DNA of 64,000 nucleotides from an uncultured bacterium (lineage in GTDB: Bacteria > Chloroflexota > UBA5177 > JANWHV01): contig CAVSOU010000010.1 of NCBI GenBank assembly GCA_963729625.1, forward strand, positions 1,184,001 to 1,248,000, given 5' to 3'. Below the pieces are notes generated by a model. The model saw only the letters and a list, made by a program, of their open reading frames with translations. It was not told the DNA's origin and searched no databases. A program made the translations under genes and the position numbers. This document shows positions 50,298 to 61,274 of the stretch, in pieces (positions within the stretch are counted from its first letter, which is position 1; each line of letters begins with the position of its first letter).

Positions 50298-51030
50298 TTG
50301 GACTTTGCGCGGCGGCCGTATCTACGTTCGGCGCCTCGCCCGGACCTGGCCGAACACCCAGTCCGCGTACTGTCGGCGAGTCCGCAATACTGTGTTTGGA
50401 CGGCTACCGGTCCGATCACCCGCACGCTCGTGGCCGGCACGCCCGACCAACGGCGGCGGGAAGTCTACGACGCGGTCGTCGCCGCGTCCGAAGCAGCCCT
50501 GCGTGGCGCCCACCCGGGCATGAGCGGGGCCGAGGTCGACGCCTTGGCGCGCAACGAGATCGAGCGACGCGATCCACGAGCTACTCGCGACCCTGCAACG
50601 GATGAAGAAGGCATATATCGCCTCACTCAAGGGAGCTCGCTGCGACCTGTCGAGCTCGGTGGCGGCGCGACCTCGTCTACCGTTATTTCGCCAAAGCTGT
50701 TCGACAGCTTTGCTGCCAGATATGACAGCGAGCTCATCGACGCATTCCACGCTGCAGGCCAGCGGGTCGTCTACCACACGTGCGGCGGAACGATGCTATT
50801 GCTCGAGCATGTCGCGGACATGCTTCCGAACGCTATCGAGACGTTTACTCCTCCGGGCATGGGCGCCGATGTCGATCTGGCCTAGGCGAAGCGACGCATC
50901 GGAGACAAGGTGTGTCTGATGGGCGGCTTCGACCAATTCCATTTCTTCGTCGGCTGCACGCCAGACGAGACGAAGGCGAAGGTGCGGCGGGAATCCCGGG
51001 ACAGCGTATCATCGATCGGTGAGAATCCAC
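50298..51030 (+). pseudogene. chimeric remnant: M24 peptidase fragment joined to UroD-family fragment with internal TAG
   Basis: ITRT...VYDAV..A..AA...PGM...EVD, then SSTVISPKLF...YHTCGG...DVDLA*AKRRIGDKVCLMGG. Confidence 0.65.
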
Positions 51031-51055
51031 CGATCGGGCCAGAGGGAGGTCGTTT

Positions 51056-51247
51056 ATGGGACGTAATCGAAAAGCCGGCAGGTTCTTCGGACTGCCGTAC
51101 GACTGGCGGGCGCTGTCGATGGCGCGCGTGAAGCAACGGATGTGGAATCCTGACGACAGGCGGGTACTGACACCAAAGGCATTTGGCTGGGGCTATACGG
51201 TTAACTTCTACGAGTTGGCGCGACGGTTGGGCTTTATCCGCAAGTAG
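51056..51247 (+). CDS. small DUF5808-like protein
   Basis: GGAGG RBS; PYDWR...WNPDD.R...PKAFGWGYTVNF. Confidence 0.75.
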   Translation: MGRNRKAGRFFGLPYDWRALSMARVKQRMWNPDDRRVLTPKAFGWGYTVNFYELARRLGFIRK

Positions 51248-51414
51248 CATACACCTGCCTCAGTGGTCGCCGTTCGAGTTATGCATTGCACTGTCCTGGG
51301 ATGAGTGCAGGTAGCCCATGCCACGTCACAAGCAACACAAACTGGCTGACAGCCACCAATACTGTGGCTTCTGGCAAGAAATGCTGTGACGTGCTAGATT
51401 TGAGTCTGTTCTGA

Positions 51415-54333
51415 ATGGTTCAGAGCGGCAGGGATCGACTACTTCCCGACTTCCAGCGCAACCCGGCCTACGGCGCGGGCGGCGCGCCTGTCATCACACA
51501 GTACGACTTCTCCGGTGACGGAGTTAACGCCACCACGGCCGGCGGCGAGGCGTTCCTCGACGCCAGCTCGATCGCGGCCCAGGGCAACACCGCCTACAAC
51601 CTGGCCCAGTTCGTCGCCGCTCCGCAGGCGGCGCGCTTGCCTGCGTCCGGCTGCTGGATCAAGATCGTCGGAGCGGCTCCCGGCGCCAGCGTCATGGCGC
51701 TCAAGGTATTTGCCGAGAACGACGACACGACCGAGTCCGGGTTTCTCCAGGCCATCCAGTATGCCGTGCAGCACGGCGTTAAGGTCATCAACCAGTCGTT
51801 CGGCGCCACCAACTTCCCGGACACCGTGCAGGACGTCACCCGCGCGGCGGACGACGCCGCCGTGGCGGCCGGAGTGACCGTCGTGGTGAGCACAGGCGAC
51901 GCCGGCAATACCAGCACCATCGGCTCGCCATCCAGCGACCCTAACGTGATCAGCGTCGGAGGCACGACGACGTTCCGCTCCTACGCGCAGGACAACTTCG
52001 GCGGTTTCTACAACCCGTCGGTCGGCAACGGACGCTGGGTGGACAACAACATCTCGTCGCTCTCGTCCGGTGGCTTCACTCAGGCCGGCAACACCATCGA
52101 CCTGGTCGCCCCCGGTGACCTCAACTGGGCGCTTTGCTCCACGAGTATCGGCTCGTACTACGAGTGCACCTCCGACACTGGAGCTCCGAGCCCCATCCAG
52201 CTGTCCGGAGGGACCAGCGAGTCGTCGCCGCTGACGGCGGCAGCCGCCGCCGACGTCATCCAGGCCTACACGCAAGCCCACGGCGCCAATCCGTCACCCG
52301 CGCTCGTGAAGCAAATCCTGATGAGCACGGCCACGGACATCGGTGCTCCCGCCGCCGAGCAGGGTGCCGGGCTGATCAATATCCAGGCCGCCGTGAAGCT
52401 GGCAGCTTCACTGCCTGGCGCGCGCACTGGACCGCCAGCAGGCAGCATACTCGTCAGCCCGGGCCAGGTCAACTTCGTGGCTTCGCCCAACACCCCGCAG
52501 AGCCAGCAGATCTCGGTCACCAATCCCGGATCGGTTCCTGCCTTCGTCGGGCTATCCACGCGGGCACTCACCGATAAGGTCGCGGACACTGGTCTCCAGA
52601 CGTTCAACCTTGACCCCGGCAACCCCACCAGCAACACCGGGACCATGCAGATCTGGAGCGGCGTCACCGAGGTGTACCAGACGGAGACCTTTATCGTCCC
52701 CAGAACTCACCCCTGGACGACGTCGCGGCTGCTCTTCTCCGCCGACTATCAGTACACGGGCCAGACCTCGCTGCCGCACATCGCCCTGTTCGAACCAGAC
52801 GGCACGTACGCAGGCTATACGTTGCCCCAGGGGCTCGGCAACTTCGAAGAAGCGGAAGTGGCCAATCCGCCGGCCGGCACGTGGACGGCAGTGATCTTTA
52901 CTGGCCAGACCACGACAACAGGTATCGTCGGCACCAGTGGCCCAGTGCAGTGGGATGCCAGCACGTGGGAGTTCGACCGGGGCGGGTCGATCAACCCGCC
53001 ATTCCTGGTCATCCCGCCTGGGCGGACGGCCACGGCGACGCTCCGTCTGACCACTCCCTCCGCGGCAGGCGACACCGCCCAGTCGATTGTCATTTCCTCG
53101 CTGGGCGGCCAGACGACTGTCCCCGTCACCGTACGGTCGACCATCCCGGTAGACCCGATCAGCGGCGGCACGTTCAGCGGAATGCTCACCGGCGGCAACG
53201 GCCGTTCCGGGGTCCAGGCACAGAGCAACTCCTATACCTTCACCGTACCCGCGGGCAAGACGGACATGGACGTCAGCGTGGCGCTGGCAAGCGACCCATG
53301 CCAGGAGCTGATCGCCTACCTCGTCGACCCGCACGGCCAGACCGTCGGCTACTCGAGCAACTTCACCTACGGCCTGACGACTACCAGCTGCCCCAACACT
53401 CCCGGTACTGCCGGTGAGGCGACACGGTACGCCCAGCTGTATCACCTGGCCCCGGAGCCCGGGCAGTGGTCGCTTTTGCTGTATTGGGCCAATCCGGTGA
53501 GCGGCAACGAGCTCCAGGAGCAGTTCACCGGTTCTATCAAGTTCAACCAGGTGCGTGTTTCCAGCACGCTGCCGACCTCGGCCGCCACCACCGTTCCGTT
53601 GGCAGGCGGCCCCTACAAGGTCAACGTCAAGAACACCGGAGTGGCTCCCGAGGCCTTCTTCGTGGACGCCAGGCTGTACGGCCAGACCGCCACGGTTCCC
53701 TTGCCGAATTGGAACCCAAGTGTGACGGCCGGCAACTTCCAGATCCCGCTTCCACCGGGCGCCTACTACCCGTACTACCTCGTGCCCACCCACACTACCC
53801 AGCTGCAGGCCAACCTCTCGCGGCTCAGCGGTAGCCAACCGGTCACCTTCGACCTGCAGTACTTCCCCGGAGACCCGGACGTCTCTCCAAACCAGGCCGC
53901 GCCGGGTGTAGCGAATACGTCCAGTGCCGACGGATCCTCCGCCGGCCTCACGTTGGCCGAAACGCCGGAGGTCAGCCCGGGCCTCTGGCTGCTAAACCCT
54001 GCCGAGTTTGGTCCATACCCGTCCGGAGGCGCCACCCCCGAGTATGCCAGCGCCAATCTGTCTGCCGTCACGGAAGCCTTCGACCCGGCGGTGACGTCGG
54101 GCACGGACAACTTCTGGAAGCTGGGTTTCGCTGCAGGCAACTTCCTGCTCCTGCTGCCCGGCCAGACCGGCACGATCAATGTCCAGGTAAAGCCGACGGC
54201 CAGCCCGGGCGCCGTCGTCTCGGGAACGCTCTACGTGGACGACATCACGCTGGCCGCCTTCAGCACGTACAACGCCTTGCCCAATGGCGATGAGCTTGCT
54301 GCCATCCCGTACCAGTACACCGTCGGGAGCTAA
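51415..54333 (+). CDS. S8/S53 subtilase-clan protease with Ig-like C-terminal domains; 5'-truncated, possibly a pseudogene
   Basis: EAFLD, STGDAG and GGTSESSP motifs; no signal peptide or propeptide and no RBS. Confidence 0.7.
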   Translation: MVQSGRDRLLPDFQRNPAYGAGGAPVITQYDFSGDGVNATTAGGEAFLDASSIAAQGNTAYNLAQFVAAPQAARLPASGCWIKIVGAAPGASVMALKVFAENDDTTESGFLQAIQYAVQHGVKVINQSFGATNFPDTVQDVTRAADDAAVAAGVTVVVSTGDAGNTSTIGSPSSDPNVISVGGTTTFRSYAQDNFGGFYNPSVGNGRWVDNNISSLSSGGFTQAGNTIDLVAPGDLNWALCSTSIGSYYECTSDTGAPSPIQLSGGTSESSPLTAAAAADVIQAYTQAHGANPSPALVKQILMSTATDIGAPAAEQGAGLINIQAAVKLAASLPGARTGPPAGSILVSPGQVNFVASPNTPQSQQISVTNPGSVPAFVGLSTRALTDKVADTGLQTFNLDPGNPTSNTGTMQIWSGVTEVYQTETFIVPRTHPWTTSRLLFSADYQYTGQTSLPHIALFEPDGTYAGYTLPQGLGNFEEAEVANPPAGTWTAVIFTGQTTTTGIVGTSGPVQWDASTWEFDRGGSINPPFLVIPPGRTATATLRLTTPSAAGDTAQSIVISSLGGQTTVPVTVRSTIPVDPISGGTFSGMLTGGNGRSGVQAQSNSYTFTVPAGKTDMDVSVALASDPCQELIAYLVDPHGQTVGYSSNFTYGLTTTSCPNTPGTAGEATRYAQLYHLAPEPGQWSLLLYWANPVSGNELQEQFTGSIKFNQVRVSSTLPTSAATTVPLAGGPYKVNVKNTGVAPEAFFVDARLYGQTATVPLPNWNPSVTAGNFQIPLPPGAYYPYYLVPTHTTQLQANLSRLSGSQPVTFDLQYFPGDPDVSPNQAAPGVANTSSADGSSAGLTLAETPEVSPGLWLLNPAEFGPYPSGGATPEYASANLSAVTEAFDPAVTSGTDNFWKLGFAAGNFLLLLPGQTGTINVQVKPTASPGAVVSGTLYVDDITLAAFSTYNALPNGDELAAIPYQYTVGS

Positions 54334-54361
54334 GTCTAGACGGAGCGACGAGCTATGCACA

Positions 54362-54399
54362 AACGGGAGGGGTAGGCGTTCGGCCCGCCCCTCCCGTTG
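54362..54399. terminator. GC-rich hairpin between convergent genes
   Basis: AACGGGAGGGG...CCCCTCCCGTT. Confidence 0.65.
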
Positions 54400-54562
54400 G
54401 TCCGCGTGGACCCGCTCCATTCCCATCCGTTCAGGCTGCCCTTGAGGCTTCCGTCCGACCCCTGAGCGCCGAGCACCATGTCGAACAGCTACGAGAACGA
54501 GCTGTCGACACCACGCTGCACTGGCATCCTGAGCACGCCAGGTTGTCTTTGAAAACTGATTG

Positions 54563-55315
54563 TTACCGTTTCGCTCTCTGGCTTGGCAAGGCCTGCTCCG
54601 CTTGCTGCACACTGAGGGGAGTTTCGGCTGGTCGCATCGCGCGATACACGATCGATGCCAGTGCCCCTCCGCCGAGCGGCGCCACGCTGAACAGCCAGAG
54701 CTCCTGCAGCGCCCAGCCGCCCACAAAGAGCGCCGGTCCAATGCTCCGGGCTGGATTCACCGACGTATTATCCACCGGGATGCCGACCAGGTGAATCAGC
54801 GTCAGCACCAGGCCGATCGCCAGTCCGGCGAAACCGACTGGCGCCAGTCGATCCGTCGCGCCGAGCACAGTAAGCACCAGAAAGAACGTCAGGACGACTT
54901 CCACGAGCAAGGCCGATCCCAGCGAGTACTGTCCGGGTGAGTGCGCGCCGAACCCGTTCGCTCCAAAGCCAGCGGTGCCGGGATCGTAGCCCGTCGGCAC
55001 GCCTTTGGCCACGATCAGCAGCACTGCTGCCGCCAGAATGGCGCCAAGCACCTGCGCCACCAGATAGCCGGGCACATCCTGCACCTTCATCTTGTTGCTC
55101 AGCCACACGCCCACCGTCACCGCGGGATTCACGTGGCAGCCCGAGATTGGTCCGATTGTGTAGACCATCGCGAGCAGGGACAGGCCGAAGGCAAAAGCGA
55201 CACCAACATTGCCGATGTGCGGCCCTGCCAGGACGGCACTGCCAACGCCGCCGAACACGAGCACGAACGTTCCCACAAACTCCGCCATGTACTTCTGCAA
55301 AGACTGGCTGGACAT
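54563..55315 (-). CDS. aqpZ: aquaporin Z
   Basis: AEFVGTF, SGCHVNPAVT, NTSVNPARS and ANGFGAHSPG motifs. Confidence 0.9.
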   Translation of the reverse strand: MSSQSLQKYMAEFVGTFVLVFGGVGSAVLAGPHIGNVGVAFAFGLSLLAMVYTIGPISGCHVNPAVTVGVWLSNKMKVQDVPGYLVAQVLGAILAAAVLLIVAKGVPTGYDPGTAGFGANGFGAHSPGQYSLGSALLVEVVLTFFLVLTVLGATDRLAPVGFAGLAIGLVLTLIHLVGIPVDNTSVNPARSIGPALFVGGWALQELWLFSVAPLGGGALASIVYRAMRPAETPLSVQQAEQALPSQRAKR

Positions 55316-55620
55316 TCTGCGTTCTCCCCCTCTCGTCTGGCCGCATTCGCGTCCTATGGTCTCCGCGCTTGTTGACCGCCCGTTGATCCGCGCGCATCCA
55401 TCGACGTCCAGTTCCCGGTCCATCGTACCTGAAACGATACCGTCCGGAACCGTGAGAAGTACACTACAAGGACACGGCTGTCACCCCTGCAGTTCGCGTG
55501 GGAGGGCTCGCCGCGCCAGTTGTTCGTGTCGACCTTCGTTGTTGCGAGCGCCGCGGCGGTCATGGGCGCGTTCGGTCGCCGAGCCCTGGATGGTCCCGGC
55601 ATAGGTGAAGGAGTCAGCAA

Positions 55621-56220
55621 ATGAGCATCTCGGCGGAAGAATTCAGCAAGGGCTTGACCTACGAAGCGTACATGGCCCAGATCACGCGGAACCGTGAACG
55701 CTTTCTCGCCAATGAGCAACGATTCGAGCCCGATCCGGCGGATCTGGCGGTGTTCCAGAGCCTGCCGGCGCCATTGCACGTGCTGGTCATTGCCGAGGAC
55801 TGGTGCGGCGACGTCGTGGACAACCTGCCCGTTCTCGGCCGATTGGCCGCCAAGAGCGGAAAGCTGGACCTGAGGGTGTTCCCGCGTGACCAAAACCTCG
55901 ATCTGATGGATCGCTATCTCAACCAGGGAAAGTTCCGCTCGATCCCTGTGTTCGTCCTCCTCGACGATCGGTTCCAGGAGCTTGGCAGGTTCGTCGAGCG
56001 GCCGGTCAGCGTGACTGAGCGCCGCGCCCGGTTCAAGCAGGAGTACTTCGGCCGGCATCCCGAGCTCGGATCGCCCGACACGCCTGTCGATCAATTGCCT
56101 GAGGAGCCGCGTGTGCGCTACATGCAGGAGCTCGCGAAACAGCGCGAGGAATGGAAGCCTCTGGACGAGCGGGATGTCGTGCTGGCGCTGCGCTATATCG
56201 TCGAACGCGCCGTGGCCTAG
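55621..56220 (+). CDS. thioredoxin-like protein (WCGD type)
   Basis: AEDWCGD, RDQNLDLM and RSIP motifs; AAGGAG RBS. Confidence 0.85.
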   Translation: MSISAEEFSKGLTYEAYMAQITRNRERFLANEQRFEPDPADLAVFQSLPAPLHVLVIAEDWCGDVVDNLPVLGRLAAKSGKLDLRVFPRDQNLDLMDRYLNQGKFRSIPVFVLLDDRFQELGRFVERPVSVTERRARFKQEYFGRHPELGSPDTPVDQLPEEPRVRYMQELAKQREEWKPLDERDVVLALRYIVERAVA

Positions 56221-56262
56221 TCAGTGAAAGCTAGAAGCGCCAACATGGGTTGGGACGGCGCC

Positions 56263-56550
56263 ATGACGCACCGGCCAATAAAGGTGACCATCGCGTATTG
56301 CAGTGAGTGCGGTTACCAGCCGCAGACTCTCGAGCTTGCTGGGGCTCTGCTCAACGAGTTTGTCTATGGACTCTCGTCGGTGGAGCTGATTCCATGGCAC
56401 GAAGGCACGTTCGAGGTGTCCGTCGACGGCCAGCTGATCCATTCGATGGCCCGGGAAGGAGGCTTCCCCGACCCCGCGACGATAGTGGCGGCAGTCCACG
56501 ATAGGCTGGGTACCGGCTCAGTGCCCCACGCGAACGAAAGTCCGAGCTAG
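56263..56550 (+). CDS. Rdx/SelW-like redox protein
   Basis: IAYCSECGY, GTFEV and GGFP motifs. Confidence 0.85.
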   Translation: MTHRPIKVTIAYCSECGYQPQTLELAGALLNEFVYGLSSVELIPWHEGTFEVSVDGQLIHSMAREGGFPDPATIVAAVHDRLGTGSVPHANESPS

Positions 56551-56680
56551 AGAAGTCCCTAAACACTGTGTCCGCGCGTCGTCTTGAACCAGCACCGGGC
56601 ACAACGCCGTCGCGGTCGAGAATTCGACGACATGACAAGCCTCGACATGACGCAGCCTGCCGACACGTCGCCACGCGGTT

Positions 56681-57850
56681 TCATGCGCGGGCAGTCGGCG
56701 TCGCGGATGCGACCTGCCGCGCGACCTGGTTGGTGACTACTGCGAGGACTATCAGGACGCCGACCGTTGCATACGCCGTGTCGATGCCCACGCGATCGGC
56801 CAGCCCACCAAGCAACAATGGCACGACGCCTATCGCCGTTCCCGAGGCAAGGGTTGCCCTGGCGCTCGCCAGGGCGCTCCGGCCGGGCGCGGTGTCGAGG
56901 GCCTGCGCGAGAGCCAGGGGATACAGCGTGGCGATGCCGATGCCGGTAACAAAGAGCCCAAGGAGCCGCACTGCCGTGATCCCGACCAGCCAGTATATCG
57001 GGAAGCCCACGGCAGTCACTGCGAGGGCCGGCAAGATCATGACTTCTGCCCTGAACACACGCGTAAGCCGGCTTCCCGCAAAACGGCCAACGACCATGGC
57101 GACAAGAAACACGCTGACGAGAGCCGCCGCGGTTTCCTTTTGCACACCTGCGACTACGTGCAGGAAGTCCGCCGTCCAGTAGATCGTCGTGAATTCCAGT
57201 GACACGCAGCAGACGAGCAACAGCCAATATGCCCAGTAGGCGGCCGGCAGCGAACCGCCCCGCAGCGGTTCGCTGCTGGAGATGGAAGCCGGCGGCGTGT
57301 CGAGGCCCTGAAGGCGGCGGACAACGGGCACAAGCAACAGACCGCCGAGCAAGAAGGCCGTGCGCCAGCCAAACGCGGTGCGCGCAAGTGCGCCGACGAC
57401 CAGAGGCGCGATCACCGCGCAGGTGCTTGAGAGCACATTTGCCTCATTGAGCCCAACGGCGCTGAGCGGGCCTTGCTCGTCGGCGATGATGGCAGGCACG
57501 AGAACAAGGACGAGCGTTCCAAGGCCGCCCATCAGCAGGGCGCCGCTCAGGGTGACTGCCGCCGCGCGTCCGGCAACCAGGAGTACGCTGCCTGCTACCA
57601 GACCGCAGAGGCCGTACACCATGGTGTCACGGCGGCCGAAACGGTGTGTCGCACTGTCGCCCAGCAGGCCGGCGGCGACCATGCCCAGCGCAAAAGCGCT
57701 CGAGTGCAGGCTGCCCGCCGCGTAGCTGAGGTGCAGATCGGACCGCAGGAACGGCATCACCGGCCCGAGTCCATTGATGACATAGCCGTAGTAACCCAGG
57801 GCCAGGTAAGCCAGCCAGGTCCGCTGTGACCGAACGAAGGATCGCTGCAC
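56681..57850 (-). CDS. MFS transporter
   Basis: About 12 hydrophobic segments; LGPVMPFLRSDL and LLGGLADRVG; start uncertain. Confidence 0.85.
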   Translation of the reverse strand: MQRSFVRSQRTWLAYLALGYYGYVINGLGPVMPFLRSDLHLSYAAGSLHSSAFALGMVAAGLLGDSATHRFGRRDTMVYGLCGLVAGSVLLVAGRAAAVTLSGALLMGGLGTLVLVLVPAIIADEQGPLSAVGLNEANVLSSTCAVIAPLVVGALARTAFGWRTAFLLGGLLLVPVVRRLQGLDTPPASISSSEPLRGGSLPAAYWAYWLLLVCCVSLEFTTIYWTADFLHVVAGVQKETAAALVSVFLVAMVVGRFAGSRLTRVFRAEVMILPALAVTAVGFPIYWLVGITAVRLLGLFVTGIGIATLYPLALAQALDTAPGRSALASARATLASGTAIGVVPLLLGGLADRVGIDTAYATVGVLIVLAVVTNQVARQVASATPTARA

Positions 57851-58530
57851 TTCAGCCTCGGATCCCCGAGAGTCAGCCCAACTCGATCCTGCTCTCCGGC
57901 AAGGCCTGCCCAGCGCCCGCGCAAAGGGCGTGCGACGACCGAGCCCGCGACGCTCGAGCGGCGTGCAATCCAAGTGGCAATCATGTGGTGAGGGGGGGAG
58001 GGTGGGATAAGGGAAGATGAGTTTTAATATTTTCATCAAAGCGATGAGAGGTGGTGTGCTGGCTAAGGTGAAGAAGGTATTCAATATGTGGCTCTTTATT
58101 GTGGAGTGAGCGCGTTCCCTTGAGATCTTCAGGTCGCCACCGCACATGAAAGCGGTCCGACGACGAGCCGGCCGCAGTCGGTTTCGCTCTGCGCTCGCCG
58201 CAGCTGGTAGGCCCGCTCGTACCTCAAGCATGATGCGCAGGAGGCGCGGGCGGCGGTCAAACCACCCTTGCTCCGAACCGGCTCGATTGCCATTGCGCAC
58301 GTCTCTGCGATTGCTCTTTGCAGGATGGCAGCGTTCGTCAGAGAGGGTGTTGAATCCGTCTCTTGAGCCAGGCACCATGTTCGGGATACAGTAGTTGCAC
58401 GCGATCTAACAGATTGTCCGCGGTACCTCGGCGCCGGCAGACGGCAGCAGGCCGGGCGCTCCCGGGAAGAGGTCCGGAAGGACCTTCGCCTGAAGCAGTA
58501 ATCGGCCCACAGTGTGACGAGGAGTAGTCG

Positions 58531-59651
58531 ATGACCCACCGAGAACGTGTGCTCGCCATACTGAGCTACGCCGCCTACGATAGGCTGCCGCTCGTACATT
58601 TCGGCTTCTGGGAGGAGACGCTTGAAAAGTGGCGGGTAGAGGGGCATCTCACGGACGAAGAAGCCTCCGGCTGGGCGGACGGCAACGAATTGGACCGGGC
58701 CATCTCGGCGAAGCTTGGCTTCGATTTCGACTGGGCGTACCACTATGCCGGCGTAACCGGGTTGTATCCACCCTTTGAGGAGCGCGTGGTGGAGGAGCGT
58801 TCGGACGGTACCTATCTGCTGCAGAACGTTGACGGCGTGATCGTGCTGCAGAAGACCGGTGTGCGATCGATTCCCGCCGAAATGGACCACCTGCTCAAGG
58901 ATCAGCCAGTTGGGAAGAGCATTACCTGCCGCGCCTGCAGTACACATCGGACCGGGTAGACGCGCTGATGGCAGCAGAGATGCTGCGGAATGCTGCACGT
59001 GACGGTCTCGCCATCGGCATCCACTGCGGCAGTCTGTTTGGCAAGATCCGGGAGTGGTGCGGCCTGGTCGGCCTCAGCTACATCGCTGCCGACGACGAGG
59101 ATCTCTTCGAAGAGATGATCGATGTCACTGCGAACGTGTGCTACAGAAGTGACGGAGCAGGTGCTGGCCACTGGCGCGCGCTTCGATTTCGGGCACTTCT
59201 GGGAGGACATCTGCTTCAGGAGCGGTCCACTCGTCAATCCCTCCGTGTTCGACCGCAAGGTCGGTCCCCACTACGCGCGGATAGTGCAGCTGCTCAATGA
59301 CCACGGTGTCACCATCGTAAGCCTCGATTGCGACGGCAAGATCGACGCGGCTGATTCGCACCTGGCTGCACGCCGGAGTGAACACGATGTTCCGATTGAA
59401 GTGGGCACCTGGAACGCCAGCATCGCTCCCTGGCGCGAGCAGTACGGCCCGCAACTCCTCGAGGGTGGGTGGGCATGGACAAGCGAGTCTTCGCGCACGA
59501 CCGTGCCGCAATCGACGTCGAGATCGAGCGGCTTCGCACGTTGGTGGCGCTAGGCGGGTACATCCCCTGTCCCGACCATCGGATCGCCCCGGATGCCGAT
59601 TGGGACAATGTGCGGTACTACTGCGACCGCATGCGGCAGGTATTCGGCTAA
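58531..59651 (+). pseudogene. UroD-family protein, multiple frameshifts (possibly sequencing errors)
   Basis: MTHRERVLAIL, GSLFGKIREW.G, FWEDICF..GPL, LDCDG and GGYIPCPDHRI in shifting frames. Confidence 0.75.
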
Positions 59652-59721
59652 TGGGAGGGGGTCGAGTCGCGCGAAGAAGTGCGGCTGGTGACGATACGTC
59701 GCGCCGACATGCGCTACGGCC

Positions 59722-60517
59722 ATGGATGCTGTAGCCCTGGCGCTTGTTCTGGCGGCCGGCTTTTTCCATGCTGCCTGGAACCTGCTCTTGCACGACACGG
59801 GCGATCGCGTGGCGACCATGGCGGTGGCCGGACTGATCGGCGGCATGCTGTTGCTACCGGCTGCCGCTGTTGCGTCGCCGATTCAGGTGCTCCCGCTTAT
59901 TCTCGTGTCTGCCTGTGCGGAGGCAGCGTAAGCGCTATGCCTGGCGGCAGCATATCAGAGAGGAGCGCTCTCGATGGCCTATCCTATCGGCCGTGGCGTG
60001 GCCCCGCTCCTGGTTACGCTGGGCGGCTGGACGTTGCTCACGCAAAGGCCCTCGCCGCTGGCAGTAGGTGCCGCGATGTCTCTGTATCAGACTGCTGCTC
60101 GTGGCCACGGATGGCCGGGACACGGGCGATCGCGCGGCGATAGCCTTTGCCGTGGCGATGGGTTGCATGATCGCGCTGTACTCGCTCGTTGATGCGCGAG
60201 CCGTTCGGCAGGTTTCGCCGGCAGGGTATCTCTCGATCGTCTTGATCGTGCAGGGTGTGGTTCTCAGCCTGTGCCTGCGTGCATCGCTGCCTCGACTGCG
60301 CCAATCGCTGCGCTTGGGCAGCGCCGTGGCCGCCGGTTCCGTGGCAGCATACCTGCTCGTGCTGCTGGCATTCCAACGTGCCAACGCCGGGCATGTCGCC
60401 ACGGTACGCGAGGCCTCGGTGCTGATCGGCCTGCTCTTGGCGCGCGAGCGGATCGCCTGGCGTACCTGGACCGGTGCCGCGCTAATCGTGGCAGGGGCGG
60501 TGGCGGCGGCCTTCTAG
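59722..60517 (+). pseudogene. EamA/DMT transporter with in-frame stop and frameshift
   Basis: AGFFHAAWN, YPIGRG, IALYSLVD and REASV motifs. Confidence 0.75.
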
Positions 60518-60794
60518 CGCCGGCGCGACACGTTGGCGCCGCAGTCGTTCGGCGACTGGCGGCTATCCGGCCGTTCATGAAGGCCGTCCGCGTCTACCAT
60601 CGGCGGCAGTTCCCGGCGTCGAGGCTGATTGTGCAGCACCTGCAATGCAATGCCCAGCGACGGGTATCATCTTCGGCTGCGGCGAAGGTCCGCCGACGCG
60701 CCGCGAGCGGCGTCGCGTGGTTCCTGCTACAGTGAATGCGCGAACCGTCGCCGGCGCCGGCCTGCGTACGACACAGGAGCGAAGGGAGAACGCC

Positions 60795-61274
60795 ATGACC
60801 CCACTGATAGAGGCACTGCTCGACCGATTGCGGTTTGTTCATTCTGAGGCGCGAACCGTCCTCGAAGCTCTGCTCGCAAACTCCCTCGACTGGGTTCCCG
60901 GGCCGGGCATGAACTCAGTCTGTGTCACGGTCGTGCATCTGATCGGGGCGGAGCGCTTCTTGCTCGGCGATGTGGCAAGCGCCGATCCCTCTGGTCGGGA
61001 TCGCGATGCGGAGTTCACGGCGAGCGGGCTCGGCGCCGAGAACTTCCTCGAGAGACTCGCGCAGGCGGACGCGTATGCCGAGAAGGCGCTCGGCAGCCTC
61101 GATCCCGCCCAATTGGGGACGATCCGGCGTCTGCCGATCCATGGTAGCGAAATCTCTGTGGCATGGGCTGTCGCGCACGCTGTGGAGCACGGCGCACTGC
61201 ACGTGGGGCACCTGCAGATGATCCGACAGCTCTGGGAGCAGTCGAGAAACGCCGGCACGCCGCAGACCGCGTGA
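60795..61274 (+). CDS. DinB family protein
   Basis: NS...VVHL.GAE, RDRDAEF and HAVEH...HVGH motifs; GGGAG RBS. Confidence 0.85.
   Translation: MTPLIEALLDRLRFVHSEARTVLEALLANSLDWVPGPGMNSVCVTVVHLIGAERFLLGDVASADPSGRDRDAEFTASGLGAENFLERLAQADAYAEKALGSLDPAQLGTIRRLPIHGSEISVAWAVAHAVEHGALHVGHLQMIRQLWEQSRNAGTPQTA

Noticed and set aside
50883-50885. In-frame TAG as possible pyrrolysine readthrough
   Set aside because: It lies in a chimeric fragment, no pyl genes are in the window, and TAG is used as a normal stop elsewhere.
51400-51416. GAGTCTGTTCTGAA as an IS5-like terminal repeat
   Set aside because: No partner repeat or transposase was found; too short to call.
56263-56550. Selenoprotein (SelW-like)
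   Set aside because: The motif is CSEC with TGC codons; there is no in-frame TGA.
58129-58300. Possible AraC-regulator remnant on the minus strand
   Set aside because: Similarity is too weak to support.
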